Source: Spirochaetota bacterium
Lineage (GTDB): Bacteria; Spirochaetota; GWE2-31-10; JAFGQB01
Length of the DNA: 64,000 nt
Assembly (NCBI GenBank): GCA_016935915.1
Contig: JAFGQB010000009.1
Span: 99 to 64,098, forward strand
Direction: 5' to 3'
The position numbers were made by a program, and so were the translations under genes. A model generated the notes under the pieces. That model was not told where the DNA came from, made no database searches, and worked only from the letters and a program-made list of their open reading frames with translations. Shown in pieces: positions 10,177 through 20,013 of this stretch; position 1 is the first letter of the stretch, and each line of letters starts with the position of its first letter.

Positions 10177-10866
10177 ATGCAGAATAAGATCAGCCCTTCC
10201 ATCTGGACCATGTTGAAAACGCAATTTTCCAGACTGAAATACTGGAATATATTTATATTTATTAAAATGTCTATCTGGGAAATTTATTATTGGCTGATAA
10301 GCAGGCGCTCTCAAATAAAATATCTTTTTGCAATTGATGACTTGAACAATGAAGTAAAATCCGAAGATGAGACTTTATTCTACAGTCCGGCACCTTTTTT
10401 ATTTTTAAGGCAGTCATTTAATTTTATAAAAAAGGAAATAAAAGGTAAAATTTTTATTGACGCTGGCTGCGGTGCAGGGCGTGTGCTCTTACATGCAATG
10501 GATTATCCTTTCAGTAAAATATACGGTGTTGATATGTCAAAATATTTAACCGATATAGCACAAGATAATGTAAACAAATACAGGAAGTGCAGAAAAAAAC
10601 AGATGCCTGAAGTTGAAGTCATACAAAGTGATATTTTGAAATTTAAAATCCCGGATGAACCTCTTGTCCTGTTTTTATTTGACCCTTTTAATGACGAAAT
10701 AACCGAAAAATTCATTGATAAACTTGTTAAAGAGAACAAAAAGGAAATTCATGTGATATATCTTTCGCCTCATAAAAAGGAAATGTTTAAAAGCAAAGGG
10801 TTTAAAACAATATGCAGCAAGGCAAATAAATACGGACGCGGATTTGTTGTAATGAATAAAAAGTAA
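10177..10866 (+). CDS. Class I SAM-dependent methyltransferase
   Basis: FIDAGCGAGR motif I, GVD, and FLFDPF. Confidence 0.85.
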   Translation: MQNKISPSIWTMLKTQFSRLKYWNIFIFIKMSIWEIYYWLISRRSQIKYLFAIDDLNNEVKSEDETLFYSPAPFLFLRQSFNFIKKEIKGKIFIDAGCGAGRVLLHAMDYPFSKIYGVDMSKYLTDIAQDNVNKYRKCRKKQMPEVEVIQSDILKFKIPDEPLVLFLFDPFNDEITEKFIDKLVKENKKEIHVIYLSPHKKEMFKSKGFKTICSKANKYGRGFVVMNKK

Positions 10867-10927
10867 TTTAAAAATGGTGAACAAAAGCTTAATTTCTAAT
10901 GAGTAATATCTTATAATGAACTAAAGT

Positions 10928-11521
10928 TTAAAACTTAATTGACAGACCTATTGCATCGGACAAAGGTTCAATCTTATAGCTTATTTCCATTTCATACATT
11001 TTTTTCTGTTTTTCTTTTTTAAGCTGTATAAGAGCGTAAACCATAAATACGATACCCGGTATTAAGATTGAACCTATTCCGCATAGGACATTACCGAATA
11101 TCATTAATAGTGCTGCCTGAGTTGAATAGTCATATCCGTATGTAAAGAATATTATTTTCCATAATACCACCCAGTTAATTACTACAAAGTTTGTGTCGTT
11201 AAGAAGATCAACTATGAAATACCATGCAAATAAATGTGATACACCAATGAGAGTACCGCCCAATAACAACGATGTTGTACCTGCTGATAATAGTCCTATA
11301 CCTATTCTTAATAATATTGTATTTGGTCCGGGTTTTATCCTTGTTTTATCTTTAAGAGCAAATAAATTAATGTTTAAGTTATTATTATTAGATGAATAAG
11401 CTGAAATGCTGAAATTAATCTTGGTGCCATTGTCTGTAGGTTCATTTTTTTTTGGAATTTCATTTGAAAATAAAAAAAAAGAAATATTCAATAATACAAA
11501 AACGTTAAGAATTTTAAGCAT
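10928..11521 (-). CDS. Hypothetical exported/membrane protein (signal peptide, Gly-rich helical hairpin, C-terminal Phe)
   Basis: N-terminal hydrophobic signal, GIGLLSAG...GNVLCGIG helices, ends IGLSIKF. Confidence 0.65.
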   Translation of the reverse strand: MLKILNVFVLLNISFFLFSNEIPKKNEPTDNGTKINFSISAYSSNNNNLNINLFALKDKTRIKPGPNTILLRIGIGLLSAGTTSLLLGGTLIGVSHLFAWYFIVDLLNDTNFVVINWVVLWKIIFFTYGYDYSTQAALLMIFGNVLCGIGSILIPGIVFMVYALIQLKKEKQKKMYEMEISYKIEPLSDAIGLSIKF

Positions 11522-11543
11522 CTGCCATCCTTGTTAATTGATT

Positions 11544-12812
11544 TTACGGTATATCAAGCCAGTCTATGAAACCTGCCCAGTTTGTGTCATTATTGAAAGC
11601 ATTATTTGGGTATTCAGTATCAATATTAGAAAGTAAAATTGATATGCCTTTTGCTTTTTCTATAAGAAATGGTCCGTGATATTCTTTAATTATTATTCCG
11701 CCATTATCTATAAAATTTATGATATTATCTGCATGAGTTATTGCAGGATGTGTAGGATTACCCGCATCTATTAGTTTTTGTTTAACGTTTTTCATATAAT
11801 AATAAAGATCTGTATATCCAAAGGGATATCCTGTGGGATTAATTGATGATGGGAAGAACTCAATATCATCCCCTATATGGTCCGGCGTGGTATAATAAAA
11901 ACATTCTTTATTTGTATTTTCTGTTAAAGTAAATAAGACAAATGAAGTTATATAAGATGAAAGTTCTGTCATTTTTGAAAGGTTAATTGCAGAAAGCGTT
12001 ATCTGAGATGATGATGAGTACTCTGATGCATAAGTAGTTACTATTTTTTTTGCAACTTTACTGATGCTTATAGAAGGGTCGTTATAAATTTCACTTATAA
12101 AATCATATACTAAGCCAAAACCCGGCACATTATCCTCAGAGCCTACGAAATAATTGGCATAGTTTTTTGCCTGATGCATGATTTCTGCCATTCCCATTAA
12201 GCATGCATCATATACTAATAAATCAAGCTTTCTGCCTATTTTAGCATTAAGATGCTGCAATATATCTACCTGTTCGCTGTCGCTTAATTCACTAGATCCA
12301 TCAGATTCATCTCGCCCGACGGATTTTTGAATATAGGTATCGGAAGATATAATAGATTTATCAACTCCGGTTCCGTGATCCCAGAACACAAATATATAAT
12401 GATCAGCTCTATATCTATCAAGTGTGAAATCAATAAAGTCTTTTACAACTTGAGCATCTCCCATATCAATTTCTCCTGTGTCATATAGGAGTTTAGCTCC
12501 ACTGTATTTTATTAAATAATAACCGTGTCTGTTTCCTCCAACTATTGTAGGGATCTGATCCCATAAAACAACAATATTTATGTTTTCATCATTACACCAG
12601 ATTGGTATTTCGATTTCTATCATTTCATTTATATCATAAACAGAGTAGGGATTTAAATCATTATCTGAGCACATATAAATCATTATTGTCCATTTATCAT
12701 CTGAAAAGCCTTTATAGTCAATAGCCTGTACCAATAATTCGTTTAAAGTTTCATCCAGGGAGCATGAAAAGAAAAGAGTTAAAAGTAAAATAAAAAAAAT
12801 AATTCGTTTCAT
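11544..12812 (-). CDS. Clostripain-related cysteine peptidase (C11) lipoprotein
   Basis: Lipobox-like LFFSC; KWTIMIYMCSDNDL, WDHGTG (His), YDACLMG (Cys), GSED. Confidence 0.88.
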   Translation of the reverse strand: MKRIIFFILLLTLFFSCSLDETLNELLVQAIDYKGFSDDKWTIMIYMCSDNDLNPYSVYDINEMIEIEIPIWCNDENINIVVLWDQIPTIVGGNRHGYYLIKYSGAKLLYDTGEIDMGDAQVVKDFIDFTLDRYRADHYIFVFWDHGTGVDKSIISSDTYIQKSVGRDESDGSSELSDSEQVDILQHLNAKIGRKLDLLVYDACLMGMAEIMHQAKNYANYFVGSEDNVPGFGLVYDFISEIYNDPSISISKVAKKIVTTYASEYSSSSQITLSAINLSKMTELSSYITSFVLFTLTENTNKECFYYTTPDHIGDDIEFFPSSINPTGYPFGYTDLYYYMKNVKQKLIDAGNPTHPAITHADNIINFIDNGGIIIKEYHGPFLIEKAKGISILLSNIDTEYPNNAFNNDTNWAGFIDWLDIP

Positions 12813-13044
12813 AATAAGACTCTCTTAAAAATTTATTAATTTTTGCACTTTTTTTATAGTTATTATACATTATTAATTAATATAATACATTTTTGAAAAA
12901 ATTACTAGAAATTTTATAATTTTTTTATTACAATATAATTAAATTATAAAATTGTTTACAAAAACATAATAAATAATTAAAATATATTAAGACAATATGG
13001 ATAATTGTCATTATTAAAACATTATAAAATTGGACGGATCAATT

Positions 13045-13437
13045 ATGAGCAATAAATTAGGTATTGAAAGTATAACAGGTGATGAAATCAATATTTCAAT
13101 AACTGAAGCGGGAAGCGATGTTATTTTAAAATTTTTCGGCAGAATCGACCTTCAAAATCCTCATATTCTATTAACTCCTTTTTTTAATAATGTCCATGAA
13201 AAAGTAATAGAAAATAATATAAAAAATGTAAAATGCGATATCAGGGAACTTCATTTTATCAATTCCAGCGGAATTAAATGCCTGATATTATGGATATTAA
13301 AGATACCTGCATTGTCAGTTAAAAACCAGTACAATATAACTTTTATAATAGATAATAATATAACCTGGCAGAAAAACAGTATTTCATTTTTAACGGCTTT
13401 AATTCCTGATAAAATTTATATAAACGATAAAGCTTAA
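13045..13437 (+). CDS. STAS/anti-sigma-antagonist-like protein (SiaC-like)
   Basis: DIRELHFINSSGI with the conserved Ser, and WQ near the C-terminus. ATG 13045 is preferred over TTG 13030. Confidence 0.7.
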   Translation: MSNKLGIESITGDEINISITEAGSDVILKFFGRIDLQNPHILLTPFFNNVHEKVIENNIKNVKCDIRELHFINSSGIKCLILWILKIPALSVKNQYNITFIIDNNITWQKNSISFLTALIPDKIYINDKA

Positions 13438-13487
13438 ATAAAAATAAAATATATTATTTTTATATTTATCAATAACAGAAGGTATTT

Positions 13488-15422
13488 ATGCATATTAAAT
13501 TGCCTGAAAATTTAAAAACATTGATTGAAGTTTTAAAAAATACTGTTAAGGGATATCCTGATAAAATTTTTTTAAAGCATAAAATCGATAATATTTATTA
13601 TTCAATAACATATCAGGAATTTTATAATAAGGTTGAAGCATTTACTGCTTCATTAATGCAGTTTGATGTAAAGAAAAATGAAAATATAGCGATAGTTTCT
13701 GAAAATATGCACAAATGGCTTATAGCGGATTATTCTGTGATGTCCCTGGGTGCAAAAGATGTGCCCAGGGGATCTGATTCCACAGCTCAGGAATTATTAT
13801 ATATTTTACGGCATGCCGATATCAGAATAAGCTTTGTCGAAGGTCCTGAACAGGCTGATAAATTGCTGTCGATCATAAAAGATCTTCCAAAATTAAAGAT
13901 TTTTATCATGTTCAGCGGTAATATGAAAGATATAAAAACCAGGATTCCTGAAGGATTAAAAATATATTTTTTTGATGATCTTTTAAAAAAAGGTTTTGAG
14001 CTTGTTGAAAAATATAGATCACAGATAGAAAAACTGCAAAATGAGGTAAAAGAAGATGATGTAGTTACAATAATTTATACCTCAGGTACAACAGGTACTC
14101 CAAAAGGAGTAATGCTTACTCATAAGAATATTATGCATAATATCAGGGTATTACCTGAAATAATTCACATATACAGTCAGGAGCGCTGGCTATCTATCCT
14201 GCCGGTATGGCATGTTTTTGAAAGAACCATAGAATATATAATAATTTCAACATTCGGTTTGATGTGCTATTCGAAACCTACAGCAAAGCATCTTTTACCT
14301 GATTTTGCAGAGATAAAACCTACTTTTATGGTAGCTGTACCGAGAGTCTATGAAGCATTATATCAGGGTATTGTAAGTAAGGTAAAAAACGGTCCCAAAA
14401 TCAAACAGATTCTATTTAATTTTTTTATCAAAATTGGTACAATATATAAAAAATGCTTTAAAATTTTAGCTGGTCTGGAACCTCTTTTTGAAAGGGAAAA
14501 TATTTTTAAAATGATATATAAAAAAACCTACTCGTTGTTAGGGGTGATTTTTTTAATGTCTTTATATATGCTTGGGGACATTCTGGTTTATAAAAAGATC
14601 AGAGAAAAAACAGGGGGCTGTTTAAGAGGACCGATATCCGGAGGAGGAGCCCTTCCGGAGTTCGTTGATAAATTTTTTTCTGCGATCAATCTTGAAATAC
14701 TTGAAGGCTGGGGTTTGACAGAAACAGCACCTGTCATTGGTGTAAGAATATTCGAAAGACTCGTTCCTAAAACAGTCGGAGCTGCAGCTCCTGAAGTTCA
14801 GATCAGAATATGTGGTGATAATGGAGTGATGCTACCCAACCAGCATGAAAAAGGGATAGTTTATATAAAGGGTCCGAATGTTATGAAAGGCTATTATAAA
14901 GAACCAGAAAAGACAAAAGCGGTAATATCAGATGACGGATGGTTCAATACCGGGGATCTGGGAAGATTAACATTGAAAGGCGATCTTCAATTGACTGGAA
15001 GGGCAAAAGATACGATTGTTCTAACCGGCGGAGAAAATATAGAGCCCGGACCTATAGAAGATAAGCTTTTGGAACATCCTTTGATACATCAGGTAATGGT
15101 TGTGGGTCAGGATAAAAAGGTCATTGGAGCACTTATAGTCCCTCATGAAGAGAATTTAATTGAATTTGCACAGAAGCATTCTATTAATTTCAATACCCTT
15201 GAGGATATATGTAATGATACGACTGTTCTGGAAGAATATAGAAAGATATGCAAATCAAAAATTAATATGAAGAACGGATTTAAGGATTATGAAAGAATAG
15301 TACCGATAGCATTGCTTAAAGATCCTTTTCAGGTTGGGGTTGAAATCACCCATTCATTAAAGTTAAAAAGAAATTTTATACTTGATAAATATATTTCAAC
15401 GATTGAAAAAATGTTCCGCTGA
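13488..15422 (+). CDS. Long-chain fatty acid--CoA ligase (AMP-binding)
   Basis: YTSGTTGTPKG, GWGLTET, TGDLG, GRAKD, GGENIEP. Confidence 0.92.
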   Translation: MHIKLPENLKTLIEVLKNTVKGYPDKIFLKHKIDNIYYSITYQEFYNKVEAFTASLMQFDVKKNENIAIVSENMHKWLIADYSVMSLGAKDVPRGSDSTAQELLYILRHADIRISFVEGPEQADKLLSIIKDLPKLKIFIMFSGNMKDIKTRIPEGLKIYFFDDLLKKGFELVEKYRSQIEKLQNEVKEDDVVTIIYTSGTTGTPKGVMLTHKNIMHNIRVLPEIIHIYSQERWLSILPVWHVFERTIEYIIISTFGLMCYSKPTAKHLLPDFAEIKPTFMVAVPRVYEALYQGIVSKVKNGPKIKQILFNFFIKIGTIYKKCFKILAGLEPLFERENIFKMIYKKTYSLLGVIFLMSLYMLGDILVYKKIREKTGGCLRGPISGGGALPEFVDKFFSAINLEILEGWGLTETAPVIGVRIFERLVPKTVGAAAPEVQIRICGDNGVMLPNQHEKGIVYIKGPNVMKGYYKEPEKTKAVISDDGWFNTGDLGRLTLKGDLQLTGRAKDTIVLTGGENIEPGPIEDKLLEHPLIHQVMVVGQDKKVIGALIVPHEENLIEFAQKHSINFNTLEDICNDTTVLEEYRKICKSKINMKNGFKDYERIVPIALLKDPFQVGVEITHSLKLKRNFILDKYISTIEKMFR

Positions 15423-15486
15423 TTTTTATTAATTAATCAATTTTATCATCATCAGAATTAGGTTTATTAAAGGAGGTTAATTATCA

Positions 15487-15921
15487 ATGAGTAAAGAAGA
15501 AATGGCTATTGATTATTTCAAAAATGGTTTTAACTGTGCGCAATCTGTTTTATCGGCATTTATGAAGGATTTTAATCTTGATGAGATTTCTGCATTAAAA
15601 ATAGCAGGCGGTTTTGGTGCAGGTATGGGGAGACTCATGGAAACCTGCGGTGCTGTAAGCGGAGCTTATATGGTTTTGGGATTAAAGTACGGTAAATATA
15701 AAAAAGAGGATAATGAATCAAAAGAAAAAACATATTCCATGGTAATGGAGTTTAATAGGAGTTTCAGGGAGAAATTTAAATCAACAAACTGCGGTGAGTT
15801 GTTGAATTGTGATTTAAAAACCGAAGAAGGCAGGAAATATTTTAATGATAATAACCTTAAGGAAGCTGTTTGTGAGAAATGTGTAGAAATGGCTGTGTCA
15901 ATAATAAAAAAGATGATATAA
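15487..15921 (+). CDS. C_GCAxxG_C_C family putative redox protein
   Basis: GFNCAQSV, GFGAGMG, TCGAVSG, STNC, CEKCV. Confidence 0.88.
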   Translation: MSKEEMAIDYFKNGFNCAQSVLSAFMKDFNLDEISALKIAGGFGAGMGRLMETCGAVSGAYMVLGLKYGKYKKEDNESKEKTYSMVMEFNRSFREKFKSTNCGELLNCDLKTEEGRKYFNDNNLKEAVCEKCVEMAVSIIKKMI

Positions 15922-15925
15922 AAGC

Positions 15926-16936
15926 ATGAACAATAACAGATTTTTTTATGCTGCAAGTTCTGAAGGTAGTATATCATTATATTATTTCAATCCAAAAAAT
16001 GGAGAATTAACATTCAAAGAAAAGATTATCACAGACTCAGAGCCCTCATTTTTATCGGGAACTCATGATGGAAAATATCTTTTTGTATCCTTGAGGGATG
16101 ATAATATCCATGATCTTACATCATATAAAATCGACAAAAAAAACGGCAGACTTGAAGCAGTCAACAGAATAACTTTAAAAGGGGAAAGACCAGTTTACAT
16201 TACTGTTGACAAAAGCGGCAAGTTTCTCTTTTATGCCTGTATTAAAGGCGGCATTTTTTCCGTAATAAGAATTAATAAAAACGGAATTTTGCAGGAAGAA
16301 AGTGAAATCCATAAGATATCAGATTTTGCTCATCAGATCAGGATTGATTTAAATAATAAATATGTTTACATACCATGTTTTAAAAGTGATGTAATAGGCA
16401 TGTATGTTTTTGATGAAAAAAAAGGTACTTTATCCCCCAATAATCCTGAGTGCTTTTTATGTAAAAAAAACACCGGTCCCCGTCATCTTGACTTTCACCC
16501 AAACGGCAAATGGCTATATATTTTAAATGAGTTGAGTAATACTGTTACTTTTTTTATGATTAATGATAACGGTACTTTAAAAGTAATGCAGAACATTTCG
16601 AGTTTACCTGCAGGTTTTAAAAATTTCAGCAAAACATCTGATATTCACATTGATCGATCAGCAAGATTCCTTTATGCTTCGAACAGAGGCCATGACAGCA
16701 TTGCTGTTTATGGGATTGATCGGAAGAACGGTAATTTAGAGCTTATTGATATTAAAAGAACAATGGGGAATGAGCCCATGAATTTTATCATTGATCCTTC
16801 AGGTAATTATCTTATTGTCGGAAACAGATCATCAGATGAGATAAGGGTTTTTAAAATTGATAAAAAGAGCGGATTGTTAGGTAATTGCCTTCATGTTTAC
16901 ACTCATCCTCTGCCTATTTGTCATTATTTTGTATAA
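15926..16936 (+). CDS. 6-phosphogluconolactonase-like (Pgl/YbhE 7-bladed lactonase family)
   Basis: AHQI, GPRHLDFHP, LNELSN, LYASNRGHDSI. Confidence 0.88.
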   Translation: MNNNRFFYAASSEGSISLYYFNPKNGELTFKEKIITDSEPSFLSGTHDGKYLFVSLRDDNIHDLTSYKIDKKNGRLEAVNRITLKGERPVYITVDKSGKFLFYACIKGGIFSVIRINKNGILQEESEIHKISDFAHQIRIDLNNKYVYIPCFKSDVIGMYVFDEKKGTLSPNNPECFLCKKNTGPRHLDFHPNGKWLYILNELSNTVTFFMINDNGTLKVMQNISSLPAGFKNFSKTSDIHIDRSARFLYASNRGHDSIAVYGIDRKNGNLELIDIKRTMGNEPMNFIIDPSGNYLIVGNRSSDEIRVFKIDKKSGLLGNCLHVYTHPLPICHYFV

Positions 16937-17045
16937 GATTTACGTTTATATTTCTTGTAGAAGTTGCTTTCTTTATATGTATGTATTATATAAAACTTGA
17001 TCTATCAATAAGCTGTTAATTTGAGGAATTGATTGCTAACAGTTT

Positions 17046-17200
17046 AAAAACCTGACAACTGTCAGATACAAGACTTGATAGCAGTCAGGCAAAAAACTGA
17101 CAACTGTCAGATATAAGACTTGATAGTTGTCATGTAAAAATCTTACAACTATCAGATGGAGGAGATGATAGCTGTCATGTAAAAACTTGACAATTGTCAT
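17046..17200. repeat. 45-bp tandem repeat (about 3.4 units) containing seven 12-bp palindromic boxes
   Basis: Boxes start at 17053, 17076, 17098, 17121, 17143, 17166 and 17188, with consensus TGAYA-N2-TRTCA. Confidence 0.92.
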
Positions 17201-17359
17201 CAAATTTTACATCGTTGGTAGATGTGTTTACTCATTTTTTGTAAATAATAAATACCTAAATATTGGGAAAAATAATTGAGAATAATTTGAATTTAAAAAT
17301 TATTTAATAGAAATAAAGAATCACGGTCTTCGGACAAATAAAAAGCATTATTAAATTCA

Positions 17360-17914
17360 TCAATCATATCTGTAAAACAACAGCATATTGATACCGTAGA
17401 GTCTCTTGTCATAGCAGGTCAGCCTGCCGATCTTATCTTCTAAAATGTCTTTTTTGTGCAAATGTATTACAATAAAACCATCAGGTGTGAGTAATTCGTT
17501 ATCGCTGATTAAATTTAGAAGCTTTTTCTTTTTATCCCAATTGAATGGAGGATCAAGCATAATAAAGTCATATTTCTTTTTGCAATATGCGCAAAATTTA
17601 AGCGCATCCTGAATAAAGAGGTTTGCATTCTTAAAACCTGCATTTGTCAGGTTTTTTATGATCGTATTTTTTTTATTCCAGTCATATTCTACCATATCCG
17701 CATCTTCAAGTCCTCTTGAATATGCTTCAATAGCAATATTTCCTGAACCTGTAAAAAGGTCAAGCATTTTTAAATCAGAGCAGTCACCTATGATGCTGAA
17801 CAAAGCTTCCTTCACCATTGAAGTCATGGGTCTTATAATGCCCGGGGGACATTCGATAAGTTTGTTTTTTATCCTGCCGGTTATGACTCTTGTTTGAATT
17901 TTTTTTTTCTTCAT
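17360..17914 (-). CDS. rsmD: 16S rRNA m2G966 methyltransferase
   Basis: RVITG, IRPMTSMVKEALF, LDLFTGSG, IEAYSRG, DPPF; overlaps the recG stop (ATGA). Confidence 0.88.
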   Translation of the reverse strand: MKKKKIQTRVITGRIKNKLIECPPGIIRPMTSMVKEALFSIIGDCSDLKMLDLFTGSGNIAIEAYSRGLEDADMVEYDWNKKNTIIKNLTNAGFKNANLFIQDALKFCAYCKKKYDFIMLDPPFNWDKKKKLLNLISDNELLTPDGFIVIHLHKKDILEDKIGRLTCYDKRLYGINMLLFYRYD

Positions 17915-19986
17915 GCTTCGCCTTTATTAGAGAGGTTTTGGAAAGTTTTAAGACGGTTTAAAAAGCTGATTTTTATATTGGCATTTATACTATTTGAAAT
18001 GTTCGGGTCTGTTTTAAAGAGTTCCTCGGCATCCTCACTTGCTTCCTTTAAAATGTCAATATCTTTCCTTATATCTGCAAATTTATATTCAGGCAGTCCT
18101 GACTGCTTTGAACCTAAAAATTCTCCGGGACCTCTAAGCATAAGATCTTCTTCGGCTATCTTAAATCCGTCATTTTCTTTTGTCATTATCTCCATTCTTT
18201 TCCGTCCGGTTTCAGTTAAATTATTAAAGTCAGTGATCAAAACCATATAGCCCTGTTTATTGTTTCTTCCGACCCTGCCTCTCAACTGGTGCAGTGTGCT
18301 CAAGCCGTAATTTTCAGCATTTTCAATAACTATTATATTTGCGTCAGGTACATCAATACCTACTTCCACAACTGTTGTTGCTGCCAGTACTTTGATCTTT
18401 CCGCTATGGAAATCTTTCATGATTTTGTCTTTTTCATTTGTATTTACTTTTGAATGAATGAATCCTGTTCCGAATTCTTTATATGTACTCTCAAGCTTCT
18501 TATATTCACTGAAGAGGTCCTTGTCCTCGATCTTATCAGAGAATTCTATAAGGGAATATACAAAGATCACTCTACCGTTTGATTCGCTGATCTCTTTTTT
18601 TATCCAGTCGTGCATTTTTTTTCTTCTTTCATCATTGTCATTTACCAGCCATGTTTTTACGATTTTTCTTCCCTGTATTGTCCCTTTCATAATAGTTAAA
18701 TCAAGGTCACCGTATAAACCCATTGCCAGGCTTCTTGGTATCGGTGTTGCTGTCATTAATAAAAGATCAACTGCCTCACCCTTATTTAAAAGCTGATATC
18801 TCTGTTCAACTCCGAATCTCTGCTGTTCATCTATTACAACATATCCTAAACTGTTATATATAACATCATCGCTGAACAGTGAATGAGTTCCAATAATGAG
18901 ATTTATTTCATGTTTTTTAATCTTTTCTAAAATATTATTTCGTTCTAATTTTTTAAGACTGCCTATAAGCAGGGCTGTTTTGATCTGTGTATTTTTTAAA
19001 TAACTGCTGATCACTTTGAAATGCTGTCTTGCAAGCACTTCAGTCGGCACCATTAATGCAGTCTGGCAGCCTGATTCTATTACAGAAAGCATTGTTATTA
19101 ATGCGACAATTGTCTTACCACTGCCGACATCTCCTTGAAGAAGTCTTGAAAAAACATTATCTGAAAAAATATCATTTTCAATATCATTAATTGCCTTTAG
19201 TTGATAATCGGTCAGTGTAAACGGCAGACTTTTAATAAAATTATTTTTCAAGCTGAAGTTTATTTTTTTTCTCTTTTTTTTGATTCCTTTGATCAAGGCT
19301 TTTCTTTTTAAAAGAAAAAGCCGCTGATAGAAAAATTCTTCATAAATAAAAGTCCTTTTTGCCTTTTCATAAGTCCTGAAATTATCCGGGAAATGAACAT
19401 TTTTTACTGCATCTCTTTTTTTTAAGAGATTCCTGTTTATAATTAATAATTCTGGCAATTCATCTTCTATGTCAAGTCTGTATTTTTCCAGGGCATCGAC
19501 TATTGCTTTTCTGAATAAGCTTTGATTAAAGCCTTCGGATAACGGATAAATTGGTATGATTTTACCCTTATAATTCACGGTTTCTTCTTCATATTCAAAA
19601 TTTGTTGCCTGTATTTCCTGAAAGTTAAATGCGAACTTACCCGTGATATAATAGCTTTTTCCGATTTTGAAAACATTTTGAAGGAAATTTCTGTTGAAGC
19701 ATATTAGAGCGCCGAATGTGGACCCGTCAAAAATTGTTACTTTAAGAATCTTTTTATATGATTTTCCGATGAATTTATGTTCGATTATTTTTACCTTTAC
19801 GGTTGCACTCTCCAGTCTGCATGCTTCTTTTAAGGATATGGCGGTAGTTCTGTCGGAAAAAGCTCTGGGAAAATACTTTAACAGATCACTGACGGTTTTA
19901 ATATTTATGCACAGAAGAAGTTTTGTGTAATTTCTACCGATCCCGCTTAATGAAGATACAGGGTATTCTAATTTGTCTAAAATCAA
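17911..19986 (-). CDS. recG: ATP-dependent DNA helicase RecG
   Basis: LLQGDVGSGKT, PTEVLARQH, IDEQQRFGV, MTATPIPRSL, LHQLRGRVGR, DGFKIAEEDLMLRGPGE; TTG start. Confidence 0.96.
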   Translation of the reverse strand: MILDKLEYPVSSLSGIGRNYTKLLLCINIKTVSDLLKYFPRAFSDRTTAISLKEACRLESATVKVKIIEHKFIGKSYKKILKVTIFDGSTFGALICFNRNFLQNVFKIGKSYYITGKFAFNFQEIQATNFEYEEETVNYKGKIIPIYPLSEGFNQSLFRKAIVDALEKYRLDIEDELPELLIINRNLLKKRDAVKNVHFPDNFRTYEKAKRTFIYEEFFYQRLFLLKRKALIKGIKKKRKKINFSLKNNFIKSLPFTLTDYQLKAINDIENDIFSDNVFSRLLQGDVGSGKTIVALITMLSVIESGCQTALMVPTEVLARQHFKVISSYLKNTQIKTALLIGSLKKLERNNILEKIKKHEINLIIGTHSLFSDDVIYNSLGYVVIDEQQRFGVEQRYQLLNKGEAVDLLLMTATPIPRSLAMGLYGDLDLTIMKGTIQGRKIVKTWLVNDNDERRKKMHDWIKKEISESNGRVIFVYSLIEFSDKIEDKDLFSEYKKLESTYKEFGTGFIHSKVNTNEKDKIMKDFHSGKIKVLAATTVVEVGIDVPDANIIVIENAENYGLSTLHQLRGRVGRNNKQGYMVLITDFNNLTETGRKRMEIMTKENDGFKIAEEDLMLRGPGEFLGSKQSGLPEYKFADIRKDIDILKEASEDAEELFKTDPNISNSINANIKISFLNRLKTFQNLSNKGEA

Positions 19987-20013
19987 CTTTTTTCCTTGAT
20001 CAAAATGATAAAT

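Noticed and set aside
17046-17200. CRISPR array
   Set aside because: The variable segments are only about 8 bp, two are nearly identical, and no cas genes are in the window.
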